A stretch of 31,909 nt of DNA from a virus. Taxonomy: Duplodnaviria; Caudoviricetes. A model generated the notes under the pieces. It was not told the DNA's origin and did not search any database. It worked only from the letters and a program-made list of their open reading frames with translations. The position numbers and the translations under genes are program-made. Within the stretch, counting starts at the first letter, position 1. Each line of letters starts with the position of its first letter. Below are positions 8,322-17,176 of the stretch, piece after piece. Location of the stretch: positions 1-31,909 of the IMG/VR virus record IMGVR_UViG_3300046643_000083, one strand, 5' to 3'.

Positions 8322-9166
8322 TGACAGATATAGCAAAACCAGAAAACAAGTTTCTTTCCATCTCTAAAGTTATTGATGGACAAATTTCAACCGTGTTGGC
8401 TTCCAATGTAAACGGTTTTCAAAAGGCTTTCGTAATGAGTTCCGCAATTGATATTATCAAGGAGCAATTGTCAGATGATTACATGAAGCCGATTATGGCC
8501 TTGCAGGGGTCGAGTCTTGGATTTAAAACCGATTTAGACACTACAAAAGAAAAGGATAGTTCTGGAAAATGTATAACCAAAAAAGGTGAAGGTTATCCAT
8601 TAGAAATTGTTCGTGAGTGTTTAATAGAGGCAATCTTTTTGGGGTTGGAAGTTACTGGAAACCAATTCAATATTATTGGAGGAAACATGTACCCAACCAG
8701 AGAGGGTTTTGGCGCTTTGTTGGATAAAATGAAGGGATTAAAAAAGAACTTCGAATATAAAAACATCCAACAGCCTGCAGGTCAAAAAGTGGCTTATGTA
8801 ACGGTAAACATTACTTGGCAGCCAGAAGGAGAAGTAGCACAAAAACAAATTGTTGAGTTTCCTATAAAATCAAACGATTACACTTCTTATGATGCTCTGG
8901 TAGGAAAGGCAGAAAGAAAGGCTAAAAGATGGCTTTACAATACCATCAAAGGAACCGATATTTCAGATGGAGATGTAAATGATATTCCGCATGTTGATGT
9001 TACTAACAAGGAAGATGCAAAACTTGAAGAAATAAAAACTATTTATGAAAAAGTTAAGTCTGACATGACTCCGGAAGAATGTACTCACATGGACGAAATC
9101 ATCTTAAACAAGGAAATAATTGCTTATGACAAGGCCCTTGTTTTCTTAAAAAAGAAGGCTAAATAG
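8321..9166 (+). CDS. Putative single-strand annealing recombinase (RecT/Redbeta-like)
   Basis: CLIEAIFLGLEVTGNQFNII.G..Y...EG resembles the RecT core; immediately upstream of an exonuclease. Confidence 0.6.
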   Translation: MTDIAKPENKFLSISKVIDGQISTVLASNVNGFQKAFVMSSAIDIIKEQLSDDYMKPIMALQGSSLGFKTDLDTTKEKDSSGKCITKKGEGYPLEIVRECLIEAIFLGLEVTGNQFNIIGGNMYPTREGFGALLDKMKGLKKNFEYKNIQQPAGQKVAYVTVNITWQPEGEVAQKQIVEFPIKSNDYTSYDALVGKAERKAKRWLYNTIKGTDISDGDVNDIPHVDVTNKEDAKLEEIKTIYEKVKSDMTPEECTHMDEIILNKEIIAYDKALVFLKKKAK

Positions 9167-9889
9167 ATGATTGAAAATAGAGATAGAATCGGAAACTTCA
9201 CTAGCTCTAATATTTATAAGCTATGCGCTAGTTGGAAAAGTGGAGAGGCTAGCTCAGCTTATTACTCTTATATCAAAGAAAAGATGTTCGAGAGAAAGCT
9301 AGGCAGAAGTGTAGAACTTGGTGCTTATTCACAAAGCATGGCGTGGGGAAAATTCCTTGAAAAGCGTGTTTATGATAATTTGCCAGATGAATACATGATC
9401 CAGAGCAAGAGTACAAAATTGCATCCTAAATTTAATTATGTTGCAGGTTCAGTTGATTTCTTGGTTCCAAACGTTAAGATCTCAGAATTAAAATGTTTTG
9501 AACCTAAAAACTTTGCAAGTTATGTGACGTGTTTAAGTACTGGTGATTTAGAGTTAATTAAAAAAGAGCATCCTAAGGAGTTCTGGCAGATGGTAAACAA
9601 TTCCCAGGTTCATAAGACAAAAAAAATGGAGGCGATTGTTTATATGCCATACGAAAGCGAATACGAAGAATTGCGTGAGTTGGCCGAAGATCAAGAGTAC
9701 TTAAATGCTATTGGAATGCAGCCGTGGGAGGTTAGGTTTATAGCTGAAAAACCTATGTCTCAATTGGCTTTACTGCCAAATGATAGCTACTTTCATAACT
9801 TGAATATTTTCGAGTTTGATGTTCCTGTAGAAGATGTTATTTTCCTTAACAAGAAAATAATTGAAGCCGGAAAACTTTTATTAGCATAG
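9167..9889 (+). CDS. YqaJ/lambda-exonuclease-like PD-(D/E)xK nuclease
   Basis: RIGNFTSS, SMAWGKFLE, AGSVD, ELKC and FWQM motifs. Confidence 0.85.
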   Translation: MIENRDRIGNFTSSNIYKLCASWKSGEASSAYYSYIKEKMFERKLGRSVELGAYSQSMAWGKFLEKRVYDNLPDEYMIQSKSTKLHPKFNYVAGSVDFLVPNVKISELKCFEPKNFASYVTCLSTGDLELIKKEHPKEFWQMVNNSQVHKTKKMEAIVYMPYESEYEELRELAEDQEYLNAIGMQPWEVRFIAEKPMSQLALLPNDSYFHNLNIFEFDVPVEDVIFLNKKIIEAGKLLLA

Positions 9890-9892
9890 CCT

Positions 9893-10150
9893 ATGAGCAG
9901 ATTTAATTGTAAAGTAGTAAAGGCTGTTCCGGTTTTTTTAGAACAAAGATATAATCCAAGATATAGTCAAAGATATAATCCAATACATGAATGGCGGTAC
10001 TTTATTGTTTATAAAATCAGAGACATTATTAAGGGAAAAGAAATAAGTTATTCTCAGTTTTTACAGTATAAAGATACTTTCGATCTTGTGCCTAAAAATG
10101 ATTCTGAAACACATTTAGAATGGTATGTAAAACAAAAGGAAAATGGATAA
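9893..10150 (+). CDS. Hypothetical protein
   Basis: 85 aa containing a QRYNPRYSQRYNP repeat. Confidence 0.6.
   Translation: MSRFNCKVVKAVPVFLEQRYNPRYSQRYNPIHEWRYFIVYKIRDIIKGKEISYSQFLQYKDTFDLVPKNDSETHLEWYVKQKENG
9947..9982 (+). repeat. Three imperfect 12-bp tandem repeats, in frame
   Basis: agatataatcca / agatatagtcaa / agatataatcca. Confidence 0.75.
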
Positions 10151-10508
10151 ATACATAGAAACAAAAGACGAGGCTTTGAAGCGAGTTCGAGAAGCCAATA
10201 AGGATGATTACTGCACGCTATTTAATTTCGCAGTTGTCTGGGTGACTAAACAGTTTAAGGTTTTTGATGCAAATGATTTCCGGAAAGCTTATTTAGAAGC
10301 CGGAAATGAAATGCCTGAGCAAAGAAACCTAATTGGAGGTTTGTTTAGTAATCTTGCAAAAGAGGAACTTATTTTTAGACATGGATCAACTGACTCTAAG
10401 ACGCTTGAGTCAAAAGGCTGTTTAATCAGAACATGGATTTCCAGAGAGTACAAATTAAGACAGCAACAAAATGCGTCGAATAAAAACAATTTAAAACTAG
10501 AGTTATGA
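10143..10508 (+). CDS. Hypothetical protein (possible winged helix)
   Basis: 121 aa; NLIGGLFSNLAKEELI followed by a hairpin-like segment ending in TW. Confidence 0.6.
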   Translation: MDKYIETKDEALKRVREANKDDYCTLFNFAVVWVTKQFKVFDANDFRKAYLEAGNEMPEQRNLIGGLFSNLAKEELIFRHGSTDSKTLESKGCLIRTWISREYKLRQQQNASNKNNLKLEL

Positions 10509-10693
10509 TTATACCAGAAAACGAAGTAGTGTTAAATGATTGGATCGAAAAAACAACAGATGGAATAGGCACTTTGGCTATTACTGATTCTCCAAGCGTT
10601 GAGTACATGAAAGAACTTTTTGAGGAGTATTATGAGTTAAGAATTAGAATAACTCCTTTAGATGATTTAATAAATGAAAAACAAAATAATTAG
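10505..10693 (+). CDS. Hypothetical protein
   Basis: 62 aa, ATGA overlap with previous gene. Confidence 0.6.
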   Translation: MIIPENEVVLNDWIEKTTDGIGTLAITDSPSVEYMKELFEEYYELRIRITPLDDLINEKQNN

Positions 10694-10919
10694 AGTTATG
10701 AATAAAATAAAATGTATTAGTAGATCTTGGTTATATCCAAATAATCAACCGATAAGCTTGTCAAGTATGGAGGTTTACAGTGTAGGTAACAAAGGAGTAG
10801 CTGAAATAAGCCAAAATGATTCAGGATGTCATAATGTAGAGTTTGAAACTGGTGAAATTATAAGTGTTACAGATGTTCAATATGTAGAATATTATCCTAA
10901 CTTAAAAAAAGATGAATAA
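10674..10919 (+). CDS. Hypothetical protein
   Basis: 81 aa; true start may be the second Met. Confidence 0.55.
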   Translation: MKNKIIRVMNKIKCISRSWLYPNNQPISLSSMEVYSVGNKGVAEISQNDSGCHNVEFETGEIISVTDVQYVEYYPNLKKDE

Positions 10920-11172
10920 AGAAAACAAAAAACCACATAATCCAAGTGCTTTTCCTGCTGTAGAACAACATGGAGATTTACAAACATGGTCAACCTACGA
11001 AGGAATGACATTGAGAGATTATTTCGCAGCTAAAGCAATGCAAGCATTATTAACTCATGAATCTGTTCTTAAATTAGGTATTGACGAAGCTAACTTATAT
11101 GTTAGTGGTAGAGGTTATCAAGTAGCAGATGCCATGTTAAAAAGACGAGAAAATGTTGAAACTCCGGTTTAA
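10912..11172 (+). CDS. Conserved phage protein (GMTLRDYFAAKAMQ family)
   Basis: AFP...GMTLRDYFAAKAMQ...YQVADAML motif widespread in phages. Confidence 0.8.
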   Translation: MNKENKKPHNPSAFPAVEQHGDLQTWSTYEGMTLRDYFAAKAMQALLTHESVLKLGIDEANLYVSGRGYQVADAMLKRRENVETPV

Positions 11173-11404
11173 GAAAAAAACCAGAGAACAGCAAATGGAA
11201 AAGCGCGTAGAAAGTGTTTTGGCTGTTCTTTTGGGTAATGCAGAGTTTGAGTTTACAGACTTGGAACGGGTGCAGATTGTGAACAACGTCAGGCGAGGTC
11301 TGGCAGATCACTTGAAAATGAAACAGGCAACTTATATTGAGTTGTCTGTTAATAACTCGCAGAGTGCAAAAGAAATCGGCAACGCTTTGGAGTATATCGA
11401 ATAA
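11153..11404 (+). CDS. Hypothetical protein
   Basis: 83 aa ORF in operon. Confidence 0.6.
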   Translation: MLKLRFKKKTREQQMEKRVESVLAVLLGNAEFEFTDLERVQIVNNVRRGLADHLKMKQATYIELSVNNSQSAKEIGNALEYIE

Positions 11405-11416
11405 TTAAAAAGTAAA

Positions 11417-11896
11417 ATGATAAAAAAAGCTTTTATTTCTGGATGTAATAACTACAGATATGCATTAGATAGAATTTGGGATGATACAAAACCAAAGGTT
11501 ATGTTTTTAATGTTGAATCCTTCTACTGCTGATGATTCTAATGATGATCCTACTATTCGTAGGTGTATTGGTTTTGCCAAAAGTTGGGGTTATGGAGGAT
11601 TGCATGTAGGTAACTTGTTTGCTTATAGGTCAACAGATCCTAAAAATCTATTAACTGCCATTGATCCTATAGGAGAGGAAAACAAGCATTATTTAAAATT
11701 AATGGCTAGCCAATGCGATAAAGTTGTGTGCGCATGGGGCAACTCAGGTATCGTAAATAAGTTATTGAAGAAAAATCCTGACTACAAACCTTTATTAAAT
11801 TTTGGATTGAATACTTACTACATTGATTTATGTAACGATGGTACTCCTAAACATCCACTTTATTTGAAAGGAGATTTGTCATTAAAAAACTATTAA
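11417..11896 (+). CDS. DUF1643 family protein
   Basis: YRY.L.R.W, MLNPSTAD..DDPTIRRC, NLFAYRSTDP, AWG and PKHPLY motifs. Confidence 0.92.
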   Translation: MIKKAFISGCNNYRYALDRIWDDTKPKVMFLMLNPSTADDSNDDPTIRRCIGFAKSWGYGGLHVGNLFAYRSTDPKNLLTAIDPIGEENKHYLKLMASQCDKVVCAWGNSGIVNKLLKKNPDYKPLLNFGLNTYYIDLCNDGTPKHPLYLKGDLSLKNY

Positions 11897-11915
11897 CAAC
11901 TAATCAAAATTAATT

Positions 11916-12326
11916 ATGGAACTTGAATTAAAATATATTGTTGGGTATTTGCCTTATGATTTGAAAATAAAAATACGACCGTTTAAAGGTTTTGAAATAT
12001 TATCTTGTTTAAATTTATACATAAATTTAGGAAGTATTATACCTGTATTAAAACCATTGTCAGATCTTACAAAAGAAATTGAGGTTAATGGTGAAAAGTT
12101 TATTCCGATACAAAAATTAAATGACTGTCCAGAAATAAAATACTATTTAAACAATTGGAATGGACATGACGTTTTATTGGGAGATTTTGAGAATGGATAT
12201 AATGTTTTAGAAAACAAGTCAGCTATACTTAAGTTATATGAATGGCATTTTGACATTCATGAACTAATTGAAAATGGGTTAGCCATCGACATGAATACTT
12301 TGCCAGAAACTCAAAATAATAAATAA
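11916..12326 (+). CDS. Conserved Bacteroidota phage hypothetical protein
   Basis: YLPY.LK...PVLKPLSDLTKEIEVNGEKFIP...WHFDI..LIE.GLAID pattern. Confidence 0.7.
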   Translation: MELELKYIVGYLPYDLKIKIRPFKGFEILSCLNLYINLGSIIPVLKPLSDLTKEIEVNGEKFIPIQKLNDCPEIKYYLNNWNGHDVLLGDFENGYNVLENKSAILKLYEWHFDIHELIENGLAIDMNTLPETQNNK

Positions 12327-12350
12327 AATCTATTAATTAAAAAGTTTTTA

Positions 12351-12358
12351 TATCTTTG
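12351..12358 (+). promoter_or_regulatory. -7 promoter element of the structural operon
   Basis: TATCTTTG (TAnnTTTG) followed by C as in the other two promoters; no TTG at the -33 position. Confidence 0.65.
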
Positions 12359-12405
12359 CTTTGAATTTTAATTTCAAAGTTGTGATAACTTCGATAAAAA
12401 ATACT

Positions 12406-12451
12406 AAAAAACACTCAATCGTTTAATTACGGTTCGGGTGTTTTTTGTTTT
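12406..12451 (+). terminator. Intrinsic terminator in the leader of the structural operon
   Basis: aaaaaacactcaatcgt-ttaatt-acggttcgggtgtttttt stem (one bulge, two G-U pairs) with T tail. Confidence 0.75.
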
Positions 12452-12469
12452 ACATCTAAATCAAATTAT

Positions 12470-13723
12470 ATGAGTTTCGACTACAAGTTAGCAAAGGAAA
12501 TTTACGGTGTTCCGTGGTCAGTTGATAAAATGTCATTCATGTCATTATCATCTATTTTACGAAACCTTCAAAATGGTGTGGCTTTAGATATTCCGGAGGT
12601 GAAACTTAATTCTATCAGCCTGTTAGAAGTTAGCAACGAAACCAGAATAATTAAAAACACATGGAATCTTAATAATACAGATTCTTTTGAGGGAATTGGA
12701 GTTATAAATCTTAACGGGCCAATTACAAAAAACGGTGGAACTTCTTCTTATGGAACAAAAGATTTGTCAAAACAGATGCTTCAAATGTCAAGAGATTCCA
12801 GGGTAAAAGGATTCATTATAATGGCTGATTCTGGTGGTGGTTCAAGTGCAGCGGTTACACTAATGCAGGAGGCGATAAATGAAGTTAAAGCAAAAAAACC
12901 AGTTTATGCTGTTGTTGAAAAAGGAGGAATGGCCGGATCTGCATGTTATGGAATTATATCTGCATGTACCGGAATTTATTCAGAAGATGGGATGAACATC
13001 GTAGGAAGTGCCGGAACAATGATTCAGTTCTCTGGAAAGCCAAATGGCACTGTTGATCAGGATGGAGAAAAGCACATTGTTTTATATGCCACTAAATCAA
13101 CTGAGAAAAATAAAGATTTTGAGCAGGCTATTGAAAAAGATAATTACAAATTAATAATTGACAATCTTTTAGATCCTGTAAATGAAAATTTTCTTCAAAG
13201 TATTATTTCAAACAGACCAATATTAGCCGGGAGCAAATATGATGATGGTCACACAGTTTTCAGCAAGGATGCGGTAGGTAGCTTTATCGATGGAATTGCA
13301 AGTTTTGATGAAGTTGTTTCAATGATTTTATCAGATTCAGGTACAGAGAGTAATTCAAACAATAATAATTTAAATTCAAATAAAATGACAAAAGCGGAAT
13401 TAAAGCAAAATCATCCGGAACTTTACTCAGAAATCGTAGCCGAGGGAGTAACAAGCGAACAGGAGAGAGTAGCATCGTGGATGGCTTATAATGAAGCTGA
13501 TCCAAAAGCAGTTGCAGAAGGAATTTCAAGCAACAAACCAATCAGTCAACCTCAATCACACGCTTTCTTAGTTGCGATTGCTCAAAAAGGAAAAGTTGAT
13601 GCCTTGATAGCTGACAATGCTCCTGCAATCAATACTCCTGAAAGCGCAACAGAAGAGGTAGAATTGACAGCCAAAGAAAAAGAATTGGCCTCAGCAATGG
13701 ATTTTGAACTTAAAAAACAATAA
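12470..13723 (+). CDS. S49-family prohead protease fused to scaffold
   Basis: DSGGGS, AGSACYGI and VGSAG motifs of SppA/S49 peptidases; Asn-rich linker then helical scaffold region; upstream of decoration and capsid genes. Confidence 0.88.
   Translation: MSFDYKLAKEIYGVPWSVDKMSFMSLSSILRNLQNGVALDIPEVKLNSISLLEVSNETRIIKNTWNLNNTDSFEGIGVINLNGPITKNGGTSSYGTKDLSKQMLQMSRDSRVKGFIIMADSGGGSSAAVTLMQEAINEVKAKKPVYAVVEKGGMAGSACYGIISACTGIYSEDGMNIVGSAGTMIQFSGKPNGTVDQDGEKHIVLYATKSTEKNKDFEQAIEKDNYKLIIDNLLDPVNENFLQSIISNRPILAGSKYDDGHTVFSKDAVGSFIDGIASFDEVVSMILSDSGTESNSNNNNLNSNKMTKAELKQNHPELYSEIVAEGVTSEQERVASWMAYNEADPKAVAEGISSNKPISQPQSHAFLVAIAQKGKVDALIADNAPAINTPESATEEVELTAKEKELASAMDFELKKQ
13385..13723 (+). CDS. Nested in-frame scaffolding protein (lambda Nu3-like)
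   Basis: Internal Met306 (MTKAELKQNHPELY) preceded by aatttaaattcaaataaa, resembling other gene starts in the window. Confidence 0.7.
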   Translation: MTKAELKQNHPELYSEIVAEGVTSEQERVASWMAYNEADPKAVAEGISSNKPISQPQSHAFLVAIAQKGKVDALIADNAPAINTPESATEEVELTAKEKELASAMDFELKKQ

Positions 13724-13725
13724 CC

Positions 13726-14490
13726 ATGATATACGCAAAACAAAGAAATGCAACCAGAAATCAATCTACAGTTGATTATTCTTTAGATCAAATTTTCCTT
13801 TACGGAAATCGTTACAATACTGGTAAACTTGTAAACAATTTAGGAGAGTCTTTAGATGCTCAGGATGGAATTTTAGTTGTTAGAAACTCAGGAACTTTTG
13901 AAACCGCTGTTGCTTCATTCAATGTTGCAGGATTAACTGCAGGACAAACAATGATTCTTGCAGGATTAACGTTCACTTCAACTGGTGTTACAACACAGGC
14001 ACAATTAGCTACAGCATTTGCTAATCTTGCAGTTGGAGCCACTACGGGTGCAGGATCTACATTAGGTGCTTATTCAGGGACTCTAACAGGATATTCTACA
14101 GGTTCTGTTTCAAATGGTACAAAAGTAGTTTTTACTGCATCTACTGTTGGTCCAAAAACAAATTTAGCAGCAACCGGAACTGGAACGGCTCCAAGTATTG
14201 CTATTGTTGATGGAACTGCCGGAGTTGATGAAGGTTTTTCTCCTGCTACTGCGGCAACTTTAGCAAACGTAATTGGTATTCTTAAAATAAGAGATGTCGT
14301 TACTTTAGCAGATACAGCTTCTGTAAATGCTAATTATGCGCTTTCAGGAGATATAGATGCGGGTTTATTAATTCTTCCATTAGGAGTTACTTTAGACACT
14401 ATCGTTGGCTCAAAAGCATTAAAAGATGTATTAACAGCATTAGGTTTCGTTCTTAAAAACGTGACTGAGCTATCAAAATTCGATAACTAA
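13726..14490 (+). CDS. Head decoration protein with inserted Thr/Gly/Ala-rich domain
   Basis: Position between protease and capsid as for lambda gpD; central low-complexity beta-rich insert. Confidence 0.7.
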   Translation: MIYAKQRNATRNQSTVDYSLDQIFLYGNRYNTGKLVNNLGESLDAQDGILVVRNSGTFETAVASFNVAGLTAGQTMILAGLTFTSTGVTTQAQLATAFANLAVGATTGAGSTLGAYSGTLTGYSTGSVSNGTKVVFTASTVGPKTNLAATGTGTAPSIAIVDGTAGVDEGFSPATAATLANVIGILKIRDVVTLADTASVNANYALSGDIDAGLLILPLGVTLDTIVGSKALKDVLTALGFVLKNVTELSKFDN

Positions 14491-14491
14491 C

Positions 14492-15577
14492 ATGGCAATC
14501 AGTATTATAGAACACAGCGCAGTAATGACCTCAAAAGTTGTTGCTACTTTTAAAGAGTCAATTCCTGTAGCAGAGGGGTTTTCTTCTTGGTTTCCTAGAG
14601 AAACAACCCCATCATTTTATGTAGATATTCAGGTTCAGAGAGGTACTCGAAAAATTGCTTCTGATGTAGAGAGATTTACTGAAGGTCAAGCAACAAAATC
14701 TACAAAAGTTACTCACAACAAGATTTTACCTCCATACTATGAATTAGAGTACTATTTCAATAGAGACGAAATTTACATGAGAGCTTTGGAGTTTGGAGCA
14801 TTAAATTCTCCTGATGGAAACAGAATGATTGCAGAAAACGCCCTTACAAATCTTGTTGAGCAAAGATTAATGATCGAAAGATCTATTAGAAAACAACATG
14901 CAGATGTATTGCAAACAGGAGTTGTAACGCTTGTAAACGGAGATAACATTGTTTATAGACGTAAAGCAGAGTCAATGGTAGATTTAGTTGCTTCAGGTGG
15001 TGTTTATTGGAGTAACAAGACAACTGCAACTCCATTAGCTGATATAGCAAAAGGAGGTAAGTTCCTTAGAAATAGAGGTACTGCTACTGGAAATGTTTTG
15101 AATTATGTTGGTAGAAGCGAAACCATTGCAGCTTTAATGGCTACTGATGATTTTAAAGCAAATGCTGATTGGAGACACATTGACAGAATGAATATCGGAA
15201 TGCCTCAGTTTTCAGATTCTACTGGGTTTACTTTTAACGGTCAGTTTGCTGCCGGAGATTTTAGAGTAAATCTTTGGAGTTATGATGAGTTATATGAAGA
15301 TGATAATGGAAATGATGTTTACTATTTAAATCAAGGAATAGTTGTTCTTTTGCCAGTAAATTTCGTTGGAAAAACAGTTTTCGGTGCTTTACCAGGTATG
15401 AAAAACGCAACTGTTGGTGGTGCTTCAACTAAAATTCCTGCAGCCATTGAAACAGATTACTTAATTAGACCATTTTACGATGAAAGAACTCTTTCAAGTG
15501 GAATGAAAATGTCTTCTGCTCCTGTAGTAATTCCGGTTACAATTGATCGTATGTACACAATGAAAGTTTTAGCTTAA
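14492..15577 (+). CDS. Major capsid protein (lambda gpE-like)
   Basis: 361 aa; IERSIRKQHADVLQTG, WS..TATPLADI and SSAPVVIP motifs; synteny. Confidence 0.88.
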   Translation: MAISIIEHSAVMTSKVVATFKESIPVAEGFSSWFPRETTPSFYVDIQVQRGTRKIASDVERFTEGQATKSTKVTHNKILPPYYELEYYFNRDEIYMRALEFGALNSPDGNRMIAENALTNLVEQRLMIERSIRKQHADVLQTGVVTLVNGDNIVYRRKAESMVDLVASGGVYWSNKTTATPLADIAKGGKFLRNRGTATGNVLNYVGRSETIAALMATDDFKANADWRHIDRMNIGMPQFSDSTGFTFNGQFAAGDFRVNLWSYDELYEDDNGNDVYYLNQGIVVLLPVNFVGKTVFGALPGMKNATVGGASTKIPAAIETDYLIRPFYDERTLSSGMKMSSAPVVIPVTIDRMYTMKVLA

Positions 15578-15588
15578 TATTTATAGAT

Positions 15589-16128
15589 ATGACAAAATAT
15601 AAAGTATTACCAATAGCAATGTCTGTTAAAAATAACAGACTTGCTAAATCAGGAGAAGTTGTTGATGATTCAGAATTACAAACGAATGCCTCTGATTTGA
15701 TTAGAGATGAATTTATTCGTTTGTTAACTGATGAGGAGCTTTCTGAACTAAAAACGGAAATTGTTGATAGTTCAGATTTAGATAAGGATCCGGAAAAAGA
15801 AAACAAAGAAAAAGGTGACGATGCTAAGGCTCTTTTGGAAAGCAGAAGAAATACTTTGATTGAACTTGGTTTTGTTGCAGTTGACTCAGAGGATTTAGTA
15901 GGGCTTTCGCTCCCAGACACAAACGTATTATTTTCTAACGAAGATATTTCAAACGCTAGTTTAGAAGAGTTTGACACTTTTATTGCGCAAGCAACTCCTG
16001 CTAAAGAAGTTAATATTGATGATGCTACTAAAGATGAGAATACTAAATCTGCTAAAGTAGAAGAAGTTAAAAAAGACGAGGCAGTTTCTAAAAAAGACGA
16101 AGTTAAAGCGTCATTAACAAAAAAATAA
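15589..16128 (+). CDS. Charged hypothetical protein downstream of capsid
   Basis: 179 aa E/D/K-rich; occupies the position of packaging/FI-like genes. Confidence 0.65.
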   Translation: MTKYKVLPIAMSVKNNRLAKSGEVVDDSELQTNASDLIRDEFIRLLTDEELSELKTEIVDSSDLDKDPEKENKEKGDDAKALLESRRNTLIELGFVAVDSEDLVGLSLPDTNVLFSNEDISNASLEEFDTFIAQATPAKEVNIDDATKDENTKSAKVEEVKKDEAVSKKDEVKASLTKK

Positions 16129-16131
16129 ATT

Positions 16132-16533
16132 ATGCCAGGCGGTCTATTCAATTTAATTAAGCGAGATGCTAAGTTTTTTATAAACAGTGGTGGTTATCAG
16201 GTAGAAATACAAATGACAACTCCCGACAATAGTTTAACGATTAATATTACTGGATGGGCCGTTAAGCATTCAGGTTCCTTTGATTCAGATGGTAATCAGG
16301 TAAACACTAAAAATGTACATGTTACCATTGATGAATCGAAATTAACGGCTCTTGGTTATCCTTACAGAACTGGTAAAAAAGCTATGGGCGCTATTCCAGA
16401 GGTTGACTTAGCTAGACACAAAATAAGTTTTGTTGATAGTTCTGGAATTTTAAAAAGTTATATCGTTAGAGAAGTGTTCCCAGACGAAAACTTAGGCCTT
16501 ATAGATGTAGGACTTGGAGATTATATATTTTAG
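16132..16533 (+). CDS. Putative head-tail joining protein
   Basis: 133 aa beta-rich; synteny between head and tail. Confidence 0.6.
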   Translation: MPGGLFNLIKRDAKFFINSGGYQVEIQMTTPDNSLTINITGWAVKHSGSFDSDGNQVNTKNVHVTIDESKLTALGYPYRTGKKAMGAIPEVDLARHKISFVDSSGILKSYIVREVFPDENLGLIDVGLGDYIF

Positions 16534-16536
16534 ATT

Positions 16537-17157
16537 ATGGCAGCTATAATTACAGAACCAATTGGTCAACAAGGATTTGAAAAAGTAGGCTTAAGAATTG
16601 CTGAAATTTTAACCGAGGAAATTGCAAATCAACACACCTTACAAGGCTTTGAAGATAATGTAGAAATTTATTTAGAGCGTATTGAACCTTTTGGAAAAGA
16701 AGAAGATGTGATGATTTCTGTTGCTTTAAGAGAGGATGATTTTGATGGTTATACTCAAAAAGATACTCAAGGAGGCACAATGTATTTTATTGATTTATTT
16801 TGTTCTGGTTGGGGTCATGGAAGCGTAGAACCAAGTATTATTTCTCAAAGAAAGATGTACAGATATTCCGGACTTATTCGTTATATTTTAAGCTCTGGTA
16901 AAATGCCTACATTAAAGTTTCCTCCTGGATTAATTGGAGGGAAATACATTAAAAAGTTCATGGTTGACACGGATTATTCAAACTTTGGAAATCACAGTAA
17001 CTATGACGGATCATACATTCGTTTTTGCAGGTTTATATATATCGTTAGGATTCAGGAAAATCAGGCTTTATGGGATTCTATTCCATTATTAGGGAATGAT
17101 TCTTTAATAAGTTATGATGAAACAGACAAAGGAATCATGTTAACATTCAACAATTAA
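16537..17157 (+). CDS. Putative tail terminator/completion protein
   Basis: 206 aa, directly upstream of the sheath. Confidence 0.55.
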   Translation: MAAIITEPIGQQGFEKVGLRIAEILTEEIANQHTLQGFEDNVEIYLERIEPFGKEEDVMISVALREDDFDGYTQKDTQGGTMYFIDLFCSGWGHGSVEPSIISQRKMYRYSGLIRYILSSGKMPTLKFPPGLIGGKYIKKFMVDTDYSNFGNHSNYDGSYIRFCRFIYIVRIQENQALWDSIPLLGNDSLISYDETDKGIMLTFNN

Positions 17158-17176
17158 TAATTAAAAAAATATAGTT

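Noticed and set aside
15537-16151. 204-aa minus-strand ORF
   Set aside because: Ser/Leu/Phe-rich antisense shadow of an E/K/D-rich gene, with no promoter or motif support.
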